Below are positions 61,157-64,000 of a DNA stretch of 64,000 bases, piece by piece; positions within the stretch are counted from its first letter, which is position 1, and every line of letters begins with the position of its first letter. Made by a program: the position numbers and the translations under genes. The stretch comes from Macrostomum lignano (lineage: Eukaryota): NCBI GenBank assembly GCA_002269645.1, contig NIVC01000296.1, positions 62,001 to 126,000 on the forward strand, written 5' to 3'. Below the pieces are notes generated by a model. That model ran no database searches. It worked only from the letters and a program-made list of their open reading frames with translations, and was not told the origin of the DNA.

Positions 61157-62857
61157 ATGTCAAACTTTGGCGTTCATTATCAGGTGAGTGAATGAAAAAT
61201 AAGTGAGTTTATGGCTTAAAGACTTAAGAAATGATTTTGTGAGTTCGTGAGTTCGTGAATTCATAAGTAGGATCAGATTTATGAGATAAGTGAATCAAAA
61301 TATCCCAAGAACAAAATCCCCGTATAGGAAGCTGGCCAGGCCATAGACAGCCCTCCTCTATTTGTTCCTCGCGTATGCTAATTTTCAACCCCGAGAAGAG
61401 GAGATGCATAAAATATACTTGAAGCAGGGCTAAATTCGGAATCAGTTCGCTACTCGACAGATGGCATGACGAGCGCCTCCTCTCTGTCCCCTTTTAAGCC
61501 ACCTCCTTTATATGGCAGTTGGCGTTTGAGGATGCAGATAGTTCAAATTTATCCTCACTCCTCCCCTGTTCCCTCTCCATTCGTCTGTCTTCAGGAGAAA
61601 GTAGCAAAAGAATAACACTTTATACACAGTAAAAAAATAACAAACACGCGCATGACAGACTTGACAAAGAGCTGCCTGGCGTGGGTGGGGTGCTTATTGA
61701 GTCGTAATTCGTTGGTCCGGCTGCGGGAGAGAGTTCATGACTGAGGTACTGACTGAGTTCATGACTGAGGTACTGGCTGAGTTCATGAGTGAGCTCATGA
61801 CTGAGGTACTGACTGAGTTCATGAGTGAGTTCATGACTGAGGTACTGGCTGAGTTCATGAGTGAGGTAATGACTGAGGTACTGGCTGAGTTCATGAGTGA
61901 GGTAATGACTGAAGTACTGACTGAGTTCATGAGTGAGTTCATGACTGAGGTACTGACTGAGTTCATGAGTGAGTTCATGACTGAGGTACTGGCTGAGTTC
62001 ATGACTGAGGTACTGACTGAGTTCATGAGTGAGTTCATGACTGAGGTACTGACTGAGTTCATGAGTGAGTTCATGACTGAGGTAATGACTGAGTTCATGA
62101 GTGAGTTCATGACTGAGGTACTGACTGAGTTCATGAGTGAGCTCAACAAATATATTGTATGAATTGGCACTATGCTTGCTGCATGCTAAAAATTAACCTG
62201 TGAATCACACAGGAGGCCGCCTCAACCGCCTCGGCTGACCAACTTCCAAGCTTGCATTGCTCAACTGCGTGGCACTCCCAGCTGCCCAACCAGCTTCATC
62301 AATATGGTCAGCCGCAGATCCAATACAGCTGCTATTTTTCCGGCACGTACCAGCCTGCCAGCTACTTGGTGCCAACTTCGCCACCGCCGCCACCGCCGCC
62401 GCCGCCGCCTCCGCCGCCTCCGCCGCCGCCGCCGCAGCCCGCTAGACGAAAGTCGAACACCTCAAAGTCTGGAGCAGCGATCAGCCCGTGTGACTGCCCG
62501 AACTGCCAGCAGGCTCAGCTGCAGCACCAGCAGCTCAGATGCTCCGTCAACACTGCGAGCAATGGGCTGCACAACTGCCACGTGCCGGGCTGCGGCAAGG
62601 TGTACAGCAAAACTTCCCACCTGAAAGCTCATCTGCGTTGGCACACGGGCGAACGGCCCTTCCTGTGCCACTGGACCCTGTGCGGCAAGCGGTTCACCAG
62701 GTCGGACGAGCTGCAGCGACATGTGCGAACTCACACAGGTGAAAGGCGGTTCGGCTGTTCCGCCTGCGGCAAGCGGTTCACCAGGTCGGACCACCTGGCC
62801 AAACACGCCAGGACCCACCAGCAGCAGGACTCCGTGGAGACGACCGCAACCGCCTGA
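61157..62857 (+). CDS. sp5: Sp/buttonhead-family C2H2 transcription factor, Sp5-like
   Basis: Exon 61157-61183 (MSNFGVHYQ|gtgagt) joins 62213-62857 in phase. Buttonhead box CDCPNCQ and three fingers [31 protein letters not shown]... The Sp5 versus Sp6-9 assignment is by recall. Confidence 0.88.
61733..62145 (+). repeat. 12-bp-based minisatellite in the Sp5-like intron
   Basis: TGAGTTCATGAC / TGAGGTACTGAC units. Confidence 0.93.
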
Positions 62858-62945
62858 AGCTGCTGTCGCTGAACGAACTCAAAATATTCAGACTTACACT
62901 AATTAAAATTACCAATCAGTTGTCCATGAGTTCGTAGAAGATAGA

Positions 62946-63690
<745 letters not shown>

Positions 63691-64000
63691 CAGGCAAGCA
63701 GATGTGCCACTTCAGCGGGCCGGCCAGACAGACAGGCCGGCTCTGAGACCCCGAAAACCCCGGGATTAGGGCTATAGACACCAGCTGCTGCTGGTAATGC
63801 TTGGGAGCAGCAGAAGCTACAGTCTATGGTCTAAACCCCGGGTTCTCGTGGGTTTATTGTCTATGGTCGAGAGAATTTCTGCGGTAGTGGCTGTTTCAGC
63901 GGTCGGTTTAATCATCACTTCACTGACAGAAGCTATAAAGCTATAGAAAGACAAATAAGCATTTTAAAACGATTTAAGTTTAGCCTGAGACTTTTTTTAG

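Overview
Eukaryotic (animal) genomic DNA with GC-rich exons and introns packed with unrelated minisatellites. The style resembles the flatworm Macrostomum (inference only). Many 1-nt homopolymer frameshifts suggest long-read assembly error. Host genes: TTC28, a divergent PKA regulatory subunit, WBP11 (partly duplicated across an N-gap), two Ig-domain genes, an IQ+HECT E3 ligase (UBE3B/C-like) and an Sp5-like zinc-finger gene. Transposon relics include Penelope, mariner, MITEs and a 5'-truncated Ty3/Gypsy. The main feature is a 9,792-bp Polinton/Maverick (adintovirus-like) endogenous virus at 33034-42825, bounded by a perfect 6-bp TSD (CTTGAC) and ~99% identical ~0.44-kb TIR cores. It carries integrase (internally deleted), penton, major capsid, adenain protease, A32-like packaging ATPase and core-protein genes, but no DNA polymerase or helicase. 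It does encode a compact TATA-binding-protein (TBP)-like ORF and a possible SSB, and a CTATAAATA motif recurs ahead of most downstream genes. Together these suggest a replicase-less satellite virus with its own TBP-driven late transcription (hypothesis). All protein identifications are by eye from recalled family motifs; no searches were run.
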